Origin: Curvularia clavata
Lineage: Eukaryota
DNA: 64,000 bases
Assembly (NCBI GenBank): GCA_023920165.1
Contig: CP089277.1
Span: 3,348,001-3,412,000 of the forward strand
Direction of reading: 5' to 3'
The position numbers and the translations under genes were made by a program. The number at the start of each line of letters is the position of its first letter. Positions within the stretch are counted from its first letter, which is position 1. This document shows, in pieces, positions 49,482-62,004 of this stretch. Below the pieces are notes generated by a model. It searched no databases and was not told the origin of the DNA. It saw only the letters and a program-made list of their open reading frames with translations.

Positions 49482-51311
49482 CTATCCAACAAGCAAACTC
49501 TTAATCCCGCCCCCAACCCAAATCAATCCTCTTGCCGCCAACAGCCCGGGTCCTGCATACGCTGGCGGCCCCATGCCCTTCAAGCTCTGTCCCACCATCA
49601 TTACTCCCACGCCGCCAGCACCACCCGCAGCCGGCACACTCTGCTTCCCCTTTTGCAGAATGGCAAACCTGAGCAAGACCTCCAGACACGTAATACAAAT
49701 ACTCAGCACGATGAGCACGATGATAATCCAGGTAATCTTTGTCATCTTGCGGTCGCTAATTGAATCAGATAAGATTTCTCCCAGGTCAAGAAAGACCTGG
49801 CAGCGTTCGTTGAGGACCTGGATGCGGGGTTTGATTTCGAGGTATTCGCGTATGGCGGTGTAAAGGGGATGCAGTGTGGGTTCTGCGTCCCAGAAGAAGG
49901 CGGGGGTGTCGAGCATGTTTGAGGCTGTAGATGAGTGATTAGTCGGGAAAAAAAAAGAGCTTCGGGGATAATAAGGAGGATGGATAGACGTACAGAGATT
50001 GACTTCGACGCGGCTGGTGAAGAGCTGGCCAATCATTTTGACTACGTCGGTTCTGCGCATGCCCAGTTTACCGGTTAGAGCGAGACGCTTGGGGACGTTT
50101 TGTGCTGCGAGCATGGTCCTGTTCATGCCTTCTTCGAATAGACTCAGTTTAGTGCTTTGGGCGATTGCGTGGCTCATGGCGAGCTTGATCATGTGGTCTC
50201 CGCTCTTCAGCGTAATCATGTCGTTGTAGACACGGGGCCGTGGGATATCGGGGTTGTATTCAAAGTGGAACTCTTCCGTCTCAAAGTCGGATTCAGTCAA
50301 GGGACGTGTTGCAAGCGAGATGCCAGTAGCCGTCGAGGAAAAGGTCAAGTCAGCGAGAATGTCCTTCTCTTGCTTTTCGGTAAAGTTCCAGAAGACGGCG
50401 ACACCGTACGAAAAGACAAACATCTCGCCAAATGTCAGTGCATTGGGCGCAACTCTTGAGTTCTCGGCAGAGTCTCTGCGGTCGTGCATGTTGCTGTAGG
50501 GCTGATCTAATTCATGCTCGTCACGCACAAAATAGGTTTCCTCGTCCCCAAAGTAGCCTTCGTGATGGTCACGTTGCTCATTGCGCTCGATTTCCTCGTC
50601 AAGGACAGTTTTTCCACCAGGACTCTTGAGCGCCGGACTGCTGCGAACCCGGTAGCCGTCGCTTCCTGGCAGCAGTGGAAGATGGTACACGGTATACAAA
50701 CAATCGTCGTACAGCTTGGTACGGGCGTGATGCTGATCCTTGACGAATTGCGCCGTGCCCTTCATCTTGTATGCTTGCGCCGTGCAGTAAGCCGTGACGC
50801 GCGACAGCTTGTCTGTCCTCCTGGCTTTTGGGAGTCGCTCCGCATAGCTCTTATCGTTTGGGCCGCCCTTTGTCGTCCGTCGCGCGAGATCCTCGTCTGT
50901 AGGCGGACCATCGTATTCGTCGTCGTCGAATTCATTCTTCTCTTCCTCTTCTTGTTCCTCCGTCTCCGGAAGGAGGACTAGCTTTTCGCTGAGCTTGCTT
51001 GATCGCGTCGGCATATGCTGGGGTATCAGGCGACCGGTTAGTCTTGGATCGAGCGGGTGTCGCCCGCTGGGGGTGCGCGTGTGCATCGTGGGTCGATTGC
51101 CAGGTGGACCTCGTCGTTGCTGGCTAGGAATGTCGGAGGCGTATTGCAGGATGTTGTCGACTGATATGAGGCGCGCGCTGGTGCCCTGCCGCTGTACCGC
51201 GCTGGGCCGCTGTGGTGGTGCTCTGGAGGCGCTGTCGCGAGCATCGGTCATGAGCACCGTGGGCCCTCTCTTGCTCTTAGCAGTTGGTCCGCTCATTTTG
51301 CTGGTCGTCAC
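49482..51311 (-). CDS. RMD8: RMD1/RMD8-family DUF155 protein, RMD8/Sif3-like (intron 49993-49925)
   Basis: RVTAYCTAQAY, LPLLPG..GYRVRS, FVFSYGVAVFWNF, SHAIAQSTKLSLFE, YLEIKPRIQVLNER and a C-terminal TM helix. The RMD8 versus RMD1 call is from memory. Confidence 0.8.
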   Translation of the reverse strand: MTTSKMSGPTAKSKRGPTVLMTDARDSASRAPPQRPSAVQRQGTSARLISVDNILQYASDIPSQQRRGPPGNRPTMHTRTPSGRHPLDPRLTGRLIPQHMPTRSSKLSEKLVLLPETEEQEEEEKNEFDDDEYDGPPTDEDLARRTTKGGPNDKSYAERLPKARRTDKLSRVTAYCTAQAYKMKGTAQFVKDQHHARTKLYDDCLYTVYHLPLLPGSDGYRVRSSPALKSPGGKTVLDEEIERNEQRDHHEGYFGDEETYFVRDEHELDQPYSNMHDRRDSAENSRVAPNALTFGEMFVFSYGVAVFWNFTEKQEKDILADLTFSSTATGISLATRPLTESDFETEEFHFEYNPDIPRPRVYNDMITLKSGDHMIKLAMSHAIAQSTKLSLFEEGMNRTMLAAQNVPKRLALTGKLGMRRTDVVKMIGQLFTSRVEVNLCTSIHPPYYPRSSFFFPTNHSSTASNMLDTPAFFWDAEPTLHPLYTAIREYLEIKPRIQVLNERCQVFLDLGEILSDSISDRKMTKITWIIIVLIVLSICITCLEVLLRFAILQKGKQSVPAAGGAGGVGVMMVGQSLKGMGPPAYAGPGLLAARGLIWVGGGIKSLLVG

Positions 51312-51979
51312 AATCCACTTTAACTAGTGGCCGCGTAGTTTGGCAATGGGTTGGCGGTTGTTGATACTCCAGTCTCAACGATTGTGGTACTGGGGAGCGC
51401 GTATGGAGATACTAGACGATATCCCGGTGGAGCCCTAGTGACCTGCAGCTGTTGCGGCGCGAGTTGCGCTGATAATTGCACGTAGAAGTGACATTGGAAG
51501 CCGTCGAGCCCGGTCCGGGTTCACGTCATTGCGCCTTGGCGTGCATGCACCCTGTCTCCACATGCCAACCGTCCGCCTACGCCAATCAGCGGTGCATCAA
51601 GCCTCACTTCACATCAGTCATAAACACGGTTTTGTTGTCACAGATGCTATGATCCATTGAATTTGCTACTTGAAAGCCTGACGCCAGCCTCAGAACGCCG
51701 AGCTCTCGATTTGGAGCCTGGGTGGCCGCCACCAGAAGATGCCATAAACAAGCCCCGAACCAAATAAACAAAGAAAAGTCCTGCTGTAGGTCGTGTGTCG
51801 ACGGAGCGAGGGGGGTATCTTATCCATCGCCCACTTGACGTACATCTGCCTATTTCTCCTTCCAGCCGCTTCCGATACCACAGCCGTTTTTGTGCAGATG
51901 CCAACGCCGAAGAATGGAAGAAAGAAACAAAGAAAAAACATTACACATTCGAAGGGAAAACCAGACGGGGCCGTCATAC

Positions 51980-53170
51980 TTACAAGCGCTTGCCTGGGAC
52001 GAAAATGAAGAGGCAGCACAGAGCAACTGTGACCACCAAGAACATGACCAGAACAGTCAAGGAGCGCCTCGCCAGCGTCTTCTTGACAAAGGGTTCCCTG
52101 ATCTTGTTGAAATCGAAGAATGTATACTCGCTGTATCCAGCAATGGCGATGATGGGATCGAGCATATATTGGTGGGTGAAAATAAAGTAAATGGCAATGG
52201 TGAAGGGAAGGATGATCTGCATCTCTTGTTAGCCGGCAGTCTGTTGTTCATTTCGCATATATCCGTACCCAGCACCGTGTCGATCTAGGCTTATCCAGGA
52301 AGATGAGGATGAAAGAGGCCCACATGGCAGCGAAAAAGCTGATCAATCCCACGATGAGTCGCAACATCATGCTCTGAGGCACAAGGTTACCGAGGCCCTT
52401 ACTCTGCAGGAAACCGGGGTATGCATCACGCTCCATCGCTTGAAAGACGTAGTCTTTAGCATGATCAAATAGTTCCGGGTCGGCGCGCTGTTCAGGTCCC
52501 TCAATGGCTTCTTGGACATCGGACAGGATGCTCTGAGGAATGATAATCTCCCTCTCTGAACCCGGAAGCAGGTAAGTGTACAGGATCTTTTCGGCCGATG
52601 CGCGCAAGTCCTCTCGCCGTGGCTGTGAGTTGTCGACGGATGAGTTCTGACCGGGAGAGCCTGAATCACCGGGTGTCCCGGGTAGGTGCGGGCTAGGCCT
52701 GGGAAAGTCACCAGTCTGGTTGCTGCCCTGGCTGTTTTGTGGCGAGTGGTTGCGGCTTCCCCGCTCCGAGCGAAGGAAAGCGGACAGACGCTGGTCGGAC
52801 ATGTTCTCGGCCTTCTCACTGGACGGACCCTCTCCTGCGTTGTCGGACGCGAAAGTTGAGTATCTATTGTCCAGATCGGGTGTTCCCTCAATCATGCTCC
52901 GATGCAGCCTACGGACATAGAGGCGGCATAGCTGGAGATGCTGCGAGACATCGAGCCTGGTTTGTCAGCCTCTCGCGACTCCCTCCAAATGCAATAGTCT
53001 TACCAAAAGTCCAGGTAATCGACCGACCGCTGCTGGTCTCGCATGTAGATGTAGAATGAGAACAGGTCTAGGGGGGCAACCGTCTTGCGGCTCAGCACCT
53101 CGAAGAGCGTCGGGAAGCGGTTGCGGGTTGGGCCATAGTCCATGGCCACCTTGTCGTCAGGGTGCGACAT
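51980..53170 (-). CDS. RAX1: RGS-domain polarity/bud-site protein Rax1 (2 introns)
   Basis: RFPTLFEVLSRKTVAPLDLFSFYIYMRDQQRSVDYLDFW, KILYTYLLPGSEREI, KDYVFQAMERDAYPGFL and three TM helices ending VPGKRL*. Confidence 0.92.
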
Positions 53171-54212
53171 GGCTGTGGATAGGTTTGGGTGGAAGTAACG
53201 AGAGGCGCGCGACAGGTGTCGCTGGTGGGCAAAGGATGGGAATTATCGATAGACGCAGGGTCTGAAGAAGGGCGCGGAGCCCGCAATGGTGGTTGCGGCT
53301 TGCTAATTACCTTTTGCTTGATCCGACAGCAGTTGCTCGACGACCGACGTAGGCTGTGCGGGTGCAGCGGGTTGAAGCCGAGTTGGTAAGAAGCAGCGCG
53401 CTGGATGTGGACGGCAGCAGCTGGGCGGCGGTGGGGTCGCCGTGGTGAAGGCGGCGGGCGTGACGGTCGCGCGTGTCAACACGTCGTTGATTCTAGCGTG
53501 AAGGATGGGAGATTAGGAGTGAGGTCGGGGCCCCGAGCTTGGCGCAACGGTTGGCAAAGCGAGCGGCAGTGGCTTGCGGTCGCTGTCGAGTCGCGCACTG
53601 CACAACGAGAATTCGCAAACGGAAAAGTTGGGTCACATGCGGGTGATGATGTATGAGGTCTGAGTCGTCCGGGCGATCTTCGTGCCTGAGTTGCAGGCGT
53701 TGAGAAATGCTGTCATGAGGCCTGAAACACGCTGGGTCCAAGCAGCTACCACGTCTCACGTGATTCCGCCCCTGCTACCCCTGTTAATCATCACCGGCGA
53801 GGTGAGCTGAGATAGCAACGGTCGTCAGGAGTAGTGAATAGTGAAAGCTGTGTCCAACCAGCTGCAAGTGTGACGGTTTCTTGGCAGGCACTGTCATTTC
53901 TTTTTCCGGGCCGCTATTAATAGACTACGGAAATGCAGAGGTTTTGGTACTCAAAAGCCCTTCATGTTGGGAGATTGTTGCCTGCAAAAACCCTACGAAA
54001 TTATATCGAGACCGACATTGCAAGGTATGCTGATGGGACACCGCCTGCGTGGCTTGAAGCCACTAGGGCTGAGGGACTGGAGCAGGCAACAGCCACTGCG
54101 CCCAGTCACAGCCTCCTCCCACTTATTTAAGCTGAGGAACACTATTCAGCTAGATTCTTTGCTTTTAAGAAACCACCGCTCTATTCAGAACAGTTACAGA
54201 AACCTAGCAACC

Positions 54213-55051
54213 ATGGCTACGAACAGTGAATCGTCTACACGTCCAGCCTTCAAACTACCCGAAGGCTTTCTCGAAGGCCCGGCTCCCAATATTACAAAAT
54301 CCAAGATTGACTTTCAGAAAGGTGGCATACCCGAATGCGCAAAATCCTGGGCCGTCGTCCTAGATGGCGTCTTGACCGAAGAAGAATGTGAAACTCTGTT
54401 GAAAGCAGCAGAGGCAACAACAGACAGCAAATGGGAACGAGCATTAGTAAATGTGGGCGGCGGAATGCAGGCCATGTATGAGGACACAAGAAAGTGTGGC
54501 CGTATCATCTGGGACACCAGGGAGATTATGGAGAAACTGTGGGCAAGAATAAACGGGGAAGTGCCCGAGATCCACACGCTGCAAAACTGGCCAGAAGTTA
54601 CCGGGAATGGTCCCGCTCGACGGGGAGAGACTTGGGTGCTGACACGATTGAACGAGCGAGGAAGATTCCTCAAATACGTTGGTGGTGAATACTTCAAACG
54701 TAGGGTTTGAACCGAGCGGAGAGACTACGTTGGCTGACTGAAATAGCTCATTGCGACGGCTCGTATGAAACGCCGGACCGGACCGAACGATCGTACTTCA
54801 CCCTGCATCTGTATCTTAATGATGCTATAGGAAAGGACGGCAAGCAACAGTTGGAAGGTGGTGCCACGACCTTCTTTAATGGGAGCATGACGCAGCGTAT
54901 AGACGTGACACCCAAAGCCGGCCGGGTTCTGCTATTCCAGCATCGTCTTCTGATCCATAGCGGAGACGATGTGGTGAAAGGAACAAAATATACACTACGG
55001 ACAGACATCATGTACAAGGTGCGTGATGGTGCGACAGAACCAGCAAAATGA
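54213..55051 (+). CDS. 2OG-Fe(II) oxygenase, prolyl-4-hydroxylase-like (intron 54700-54746)
   Basis: LNERGRFLKY..GEYFKPHCDG (HxD), TLHLYLND, GGATTF, GRVLLFQH..IHSG..V.KG.KYTLRTD. Confidence 0.9.
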
Positions 55052-55189
55052 ACTATGCCGTTAGAGAAGAGGAGAGAGTCGAGCACGTAATCGCTTGGTA
55101 CTAGCACATTGTATTTCTTTATTAGTAGTATCCTTGAACTCGTGGGTAGGTGTCAAAGGAGCAGACTTACATAAGAAAAAAAAGAAGTG

Positions 55190-55590
55190 AACGACCTGCC
55201 TCGCCAGAGTAATCAGAATCGAATGATACCCTATCCTTTTTCACCCAAAAAAGGGCTACTCAAGGTCAAGTACGCTGCGTATTGTACTACAGTGTCGCCT
55301 CTGACTCGAGAAAACGAGCCAAAGACACACAATCTTCGCACCGACTCCCATAGGGAACACCAGTTCCAACGCGCTCCGCAAGGAAACGCGCTTTTCCGGG
55401 CCCTGAGCTTTCTGATGCCGAGTGCAGACGTGAGTCACGCCAGGCTCTTACGAGCAGTACAGTCCTCTTTCGAGAACGTGATAGAAAAGGTGAAGATTAC
55501 TCCGAATTTCTCATTTGCAGGGTTGCGACTACTCAGCGAGGAGCGTCTGAATGTGTGCAAAGAAACGCAGCTTTGGCGAGGCAGGCCGTT
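55190..55590 (-). ncRNA. RPR1: Nuclear RNase P RNA
   Basis: Minus-strand RNA folds canonically. P1: AACGGCCUGCCUCGCCA/UGGCGAGGCAGGUCGUU. P2: GCUGCGU/ACGCAGC. P3: UUUGCA..UGCAAA with internal loop. CR-I GAGAAAUUCGGAG pairs (P4, bulged U) with CR-V AUUCGAUUCUGAUUAC. CR-III UUGGAAC, CR-IV AGUACAAU, and GNRA hairpins are present. Confidence 0.9.
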
Positions 55591-56641
55591 GTAGAAGTGA
55601 GAAACATTTTTGGGCGGGGTTTTGTAGCTCGCGAGCGGACGCGCTAGCGTCGCCTAAACTAGGGCAACGCCAGCGCACGTGCTCCGTCTCCACTGGGATA
55701 GCAGCAGGACAAGACTTGCGTGCGAGCGACGCTTGATGAGTACATGACAGCAAAGTCTTTTCTCAAGACCGATATTAAATGCACAACTTCTATTCTATGC
55801 GAATAAGCCTCACGGCGACAGGAAAAAGCCCTAATTTTCATAAATTCCTTATTATTCTTCATTTCGTGTACATCGACACGCCGTAACTATAAACTTCTAC
55901 TGCTCGTAATGCAGTAGAGCGTGTTGAATGACCACCCCTCTTCTACCCTCAATCTACTTCTCGAACTCGCAGTAGAAAGCCCCATCGCGCAATTTGAGTG
56001 GGCTCCTGAGATGTGTAAATCGTTCTAGGGATAAAGCAAAAAAAGAGCAGCAAACGCGCAAAAACAACAAGACAAAACGCAGTACCTCTTGGTAGAGCAT
56101 ATATAAAGCCAGGGATGCAGATAAAATCCCACAATCGCTAACGCCATGCACATATTTTTTTTGCAGTGGGAGTGAATAAAAGGAGAAGAGACCCATAAGA
56201 TTAAACGCCGATACTACCCTTAACAGTAGGGTGTGTATGCAAAATAAGGTCCAATCTCGTGGCGTAGGTAAAAGACAGATTTTTGGTGCCGCTAGAGTCG
56301 CAGCTTGGGTAATAGCGGTGTATGTTGTACATATACGGGTTTGCGAGCAATGTGTTGTAATGAGACGCATGCGAGAGAAGCCCATCAGTCGTTGAACAGG
56401 ACGTGTTGAAAAGGACGTGAGCCTAGTTAAAGGAACGACCGCTTGCAGATACGACCTGCCCTACGCGACCAGCCGTGATGGGTTGGCAGGAGTTTAGATC
56501 GAACTCTTCACCAGAAAAGCGGGCACGCACCCACGCGGCTTGCTCAACTTCTGCCAAAAGTTCGTCCAAATCATCCAAAGAAGAGAACAGATTTTGATAT
56601 AAAACAGAGAAGAAATAAAAAGCCCTACATCAACGAGCCTT

Positions 56642-59600
56642 CTACTGCTTTGGAGATCTGGTGCAAAGTCAGCGAATGCTACAACGAAAGAGATTGCCTA
56701 CAACTATGACCATGGGGAACTTACGTGGGAGAGTACGCCGGACCTGGAGAAGTCGGGCTGTATCTCGGAGAGGTTGGGGAGAAGGCCCCTGCCGGACTAG
56801 TGGGCGAGTATCGAGGTGACGTTGGGCTGTACTGAGGTGATGTGGGGGATGTAGGAGAGCGACGATCACTGCCTGCCTGGTATTGCGGGCTGGTGGGACT
56901 GTACTGTGGCGAAGTAGGGCTGTATTGTGGCGACGTCGGGCTGTACGCGGGCGAAGTAGCACCACCCATGAACGTGGGAGACGTTGGACTGTAGTTGGGT
57001 GATGTGGGCGAGTACTGAGGCGATGTCGGAGAGTAACCAGCTGGAGATGTGGGCGAGTACGAGGGCGATGTAGGCGACCCATAGCGTGGTGACGTCGGAG
57101 AGTAGTGTGGCGACGTAGGAGAGGCAACATACCCTGGCGAGGTAGCAGCAAAGCGAGGGCTGGCGAATCCAGGGGAGGTAGGCGAGTAGCCAGGGGAGGT
57201 AGGAGAGAAGCCTGGCGACACCGGGCTGGTAAAGCCTGGAGACATACCAGTGAAACCGGTGCCTGGGCTTCTGGCTCCATCGAATGGACTGAAGCCGCCA
57301 CCAGCGGCCCCGTAGGTGGATCCGTAATCTGTGAAGCCATCCCTATCGCCACTACCTCCTGCAGCAGCAATGGGCGAGAACGAAATATTGTTATAGAAGC
57401 CCATGTCCATACTACCACCTTCATAAGTAGGCGAACCCAAGTCGTACGGTGTCCTGGCACCGTCGGTATTGAGGTGGCTTGCACCCACACCAGTGCCCTT
57501 GGCGTTGTCCTCAACCATGGTGAGAAGCATAGCATTGTCCATGACAACGTCAAACTCTCCGGTACCCATTGGTGCAAGCTGGCCAAGCATGATGTTTTCG
57601 GACACACCACGGCAGTCGTCAAGCTCTCCAAAGCCAGCAGCTTCAAGAAGAATCTCGACAGTCTCTTCGAACGAACAACGCATCAAAGCTCCGGTATCAT
57701 TTCGGTTGATACCGTGACGAGTGATGGCCATGAGAAGACCACGCTGGCACATGATATCGACAAGCAATGCCATGTGGCGATGGTTGACGTATGAACCGTC
57801 GAACGACAAGACCATACCCAATTCTTTGAGCAGACCAGCTCGAGCCGCTTCGATACCAAGCACACCAAGAATTTCAATGAAAGAGTTGGAATACGTCTTT
57901 GTCGCATCCACACCCTCAATGGACAGTACGGCGGCCAAGGCAGTACCAGTGGTGTCGAGAACCCATTCAACACACGCTTTGTTGCTCCTCGAGTGCATTA
58001 GGGACCTGTCTTCCTTCTCAATCGTGACGGTGTGCTCTCGGATGAACGCACGCTCAATACCACGGACACCGCGAAGACTGACGTCGTCAAGAAGATGCTT
58101 CTCCAGCTTACGCATCCATCGCTCGTCGCGCTCATCTTCATCCTCGTCGTCCTTTTGAAGGTTCTGGTCCCAGATGAAACGGACACGTATGACCTGTTCG
58201 TCCGCGTTCTCATCGCTGAAAATGACTGCGAGATTTGGTTTGAACTCCTCCTTGATCTTACCAGCAACTTCACCGATGGTGATGCTCTTATCCAGCAACT
58301 TCTTGCGGTCGAGGATGATACGAAGCAGCCACTTCGACTGCGAATCAATAACCTCGTCCTCCTCGGGCAGGATAAAGTAGGACTCGACCATGTCCTGGTC
58401 CTCTTCGACAAGTGTTGATTGGATGTCAGGATCGTAGTAGAGCTCGACAGCCTGCGTCAGCGAACGGAGGGTGGTGTGCTCGATGGTGCTTCGCAGTTGC
58501 TTTGCCTGCAGCTGGCTTCCCTTGGAGTTTGCTTGGCGGACAAGCATAGAGGGTGTCTTGATGTTGGCAGCAATGTTCAAGATTTCCTTGAGACGTGGCA
58601 CACCAAGGGTGACGTTCTTGGAAGACACACCAGCAAAATGGAAGGTGTTGAGCGTCATCTGCGTAGCAGGTTCACCGATAGACTGGGCTGCAAGCACACC
58701 GACCATTTCACCAGGAGCAACAGCAGCCTTGAGGAAGCGGTCTTCCAGTTCTCCCAACACGTAGCTCAGCGCCTCCTTGCTCAGGCGATGTTCAACAGCA
58801 AGCTTCTTGAAAGCAAGACGCGCTCGTAGGTGAGCCTTGAAGAGGTAGGTTGCACTGTCTTGAGCCTCTCTGGACAGTTCGTCGTCGCCACGAATGACAA
58901 CAAGGCGGTCAAGTGTCTGGCGCACCTGGTTGATAGTCTCAATCGGATGAAGATTGCTGGCAGCCTTTTCTGGATTGATACCGAACCGCGCCTGGGCAGA
59001 ACGAATCATACGCGCAATGTTGAGCGGAAGCTGGAAGCTTTCCAGGTTGTCTTCGCTGGCGTTCGCACGGAGGTATTCACGGTCAGTCTTGATTGCATCA
59101 AACTCTTCGTCAAGAGCACGTTGTACGTCGACATCACCCTGGAACAGGGGAGAGCTCTCGAGTTTCCAGACCGGGATTTCTGGCTGATCAGTGGTAAGGA
59201 CATCCAGTTTATATGCGGCCTCAAAAGCAGCCTCAGAAGACATAATGATGTCCATCGACTGATTCTCGATGTGCGCGCCATCAAGACCGTCTTCACCGTA
59301 GACGAATTCGACAATATCTCCCATGGAGTTACGGACGGTACCGTCATACTTAACCATCACATCTTCGAGGGCCTTGACCAAGCGACGTTGAATGTATCCT
59401 GTTTCAGCCGTCTTGACTGCCGTGTCGATCAAACCTTCACGACCAGCCATGGCGTGAAAGAAGAACTCGGAAGGTGTAAGACCACGGAGGTAGGAGTTCT
59501 CGACGAAACCACGAGACTCGGGTGAGTAGTCGTCCTTTGAGAAATGCGGCAACGTCCTGTACTTGAAACCGTACGGAATACGCTGTCCTTCCACGGCTTG

Positions 59601-62004
59601 CTGACCTACGAGGGCAACCATCTGAGAGATGTTGACAGTAGAGCCCTTGGATCCGGAAACGACGGTCTGAACGACGTTGTTGAAATCCTTCAAACTGTTT
59701 TGAGCAGCAGTACCACCGCCCTCACGACCTTCGTTAAGGAACTTCTGAACCTTGGATTCGAAAGTACCACGAATGGTCATACCAGGCAAAGGCTCAAGCT
59801 GATCCTTTGTTGCTGTCGCAATGATTTCCTCGACCTTAACCTTGGACTTGGCAATCTCAGACGCAATCTTTTCCGAGGTACCTGGATCCGGAATGGTGTC
59901 ACCCACACCGAAAGTGAAGCCGTATTGCAGAAGCCACCAGTTGCAGATTCGCTGACAGGAGTTGAAGAATTTGACGGCGGCATCAGGTCCGAGTTCGTTG
60001 AAGATAAGATGGATAACACCACCAGCTGAAGCACCGACAATCTTCTTGGTAACTTGGCCGTAGAGGAGTTGACCGCCCTGGATAGCAAAGCTCTTGTCTT
60101 TGATATCGTTATATGGGCTTGGTGTGGAGTCACCCTCCTTCTTCTCAATGTTGACCTCACGAGGGAAAGCCATACTGACAATCTGCTTACCAGTCCAAAG
60201 CGGACGGGGTTTGAGAATGGCCGGCTCGGGCAAGATACCATCCCAGTCAGGAACCCACATCATGATGGGCATAACCTGCTCGATAGGGATGAAGTTGTCA
60301 CGACGAGTCATCTTGTAAACACCAAGAAGCGTGTCCTGCACGATACCCATCAAGGGCTGATTCTTCTGGGGCGATACAATCTGCTTGGGGACCATGCACA
60401 GGTTCTGGATTTCAGCACGGGTTTCATCGCTCTGAGGCACGTGAAGATTCATCTCGTCACCATCGAAATCAGCGTTGTAGGGAGATGTGACCGACAGATT
60501 GAGTCGGAAGGTGGAGTAAGGCATGACCTTGACGCGGTGGCCCATCATAGACTCTTTGTGCAGAGACGGTTGACGGTTGAAGATGATGACATCGTCATCG
60601 TCAATGTGACGCTCAACCTTCCATCCATATTGCAGCCGCAAATCGTCGAGGTTCTTGTTGTGCTTGAGGTCGAGACGAACACCGTCTGCCTTGATGACGT
60701 AGTTGGCACCAGGGTGCTGGTTCGGACCGTTGCGTACCAAGTTTGTCAATTTGCTGATGTTGAACTTGGTGACAACCTCGGGGTAGGTCAGAGTACGTGC
60801 AATGGAACGGGGCACACCGACTTGGTCCAACGACAGATTGGGGTCACCCGTAATGACTGTACGTGCAGAGAAATCAACACGCTTACCCATCAAGTTACCA
60901 CGAAGACGGCCTTCCTTGCCCTTTAGTCGACCACGGATCGTCTTCAGAGGACGACCAGACTTCTGCATGGCCTGTGGTACACCGTTGGCATCATTGTCCA
61001 TGTAGGTCGCAACGTGGTACTGCACAAGAGCTTCAAACTCGGCAGTGACGTGCTGTGGCGAACCCTCTTGCTGACACTCGGCTACACGTTGGTTGGCGCG
61101 AATAATGTCACCCAGCTTGTATGTCAAATCGTCCTCTCCACGCATACCTTGACCAGTACCATCGACGGAGATACTAGGTCGGACTGGTGGGGGCGGTACG
61201 GGAAGAACATCGAGAATCATCCATTCGGGGCGGGCGTAGTCGGCATTCAACCCGAGCAGGGCAAGCGTATTGTCAGACATGAGCTTGAAGATTGTCTGGG
61301 CCATTTTGGGGGTGATGACCTCTTTACGGTCGCCCTGACCATCGTCATCGTCCTTCTTGCTTGCTTTCCAGGTTCCTGTGAGCTTGAGTCCCTCCTTGCG
61401 GATGGTGTCGGGCTGTTTGCTACCGCAGCCACCATGGGGGATCTTGGGGATCTTGTTCTCCTTGCCGCTCTCCTCGACATCCTGAACACATACGTTCTTA
61501 GTCCTGGACATACGCCAGATCTTATCGAAGCGCTTCTTCGCATCCTTGGTTCTGGCGGCGGCCTGCCAATCGGGATGGTTCTAATGTTGCAGTTAGCAAA
61601 AATTGTCCAAGCGTCTGAAGTCTCTGTCTTCGCCTAGGAAGACTTACGAAGTCAGCCTTGATCATGCCACAAGTGTGGCATATGGTCTCGAGGAGCTTCT
61701 TGATCTTGACAACAAATCCGACATGGAAGACAGGCGTGTGCAGCTCAATGTGGCCAAAATGACCGGGGCAGACCTGGATGTCCTCTTTGCACGTCGCGCA
61801 CGAGTACATGCGGTCAATAGTGCCAAGCTTTGGGTCGTTGAGGCCCTGCTCGCGCGGTTTCTGCTTTTGTTCGTCCATGGTCTCCGGGTAGATGATGTGG
61901 ACGACGCTCATGGCCTTGATCTCCTCGGGAGAGAGCAGGCCGAACTGAATCTCCTTGATCGTCCGGAGCGGACATTTGGATTGGAGTGGCGCGCCTGGAG
62001 GCAT
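56642..62004 (-). CDS. RPB1: RNA polymerase II largest subunit (introns 61647-61581, 56724-56658)
   Basis: [10 protein letters not shown] zinc site, [20 protein letters not shown] active site and YSPTSP heptad CTD. The final 16-nt exon gives ...YSPTSPKQ*. Confidence 0.99.

Noticed and set aside
29257..55051. Secondary-metabolite cluster (MFS plus 2OG oxygenase)
   Set aside because: No PKS, NRPS or terpene backbone gene, and the two genes are far apart among housekeeping genes.
55190..55590. Alternative identities for the ncRNA (RNase MRP, SRP, U3)
   Set aside because: CR-I GAAAUUCGG with its matching CR-V and CR-III fits RNase P. MRP, SRP and U3 signature boxes are absent.
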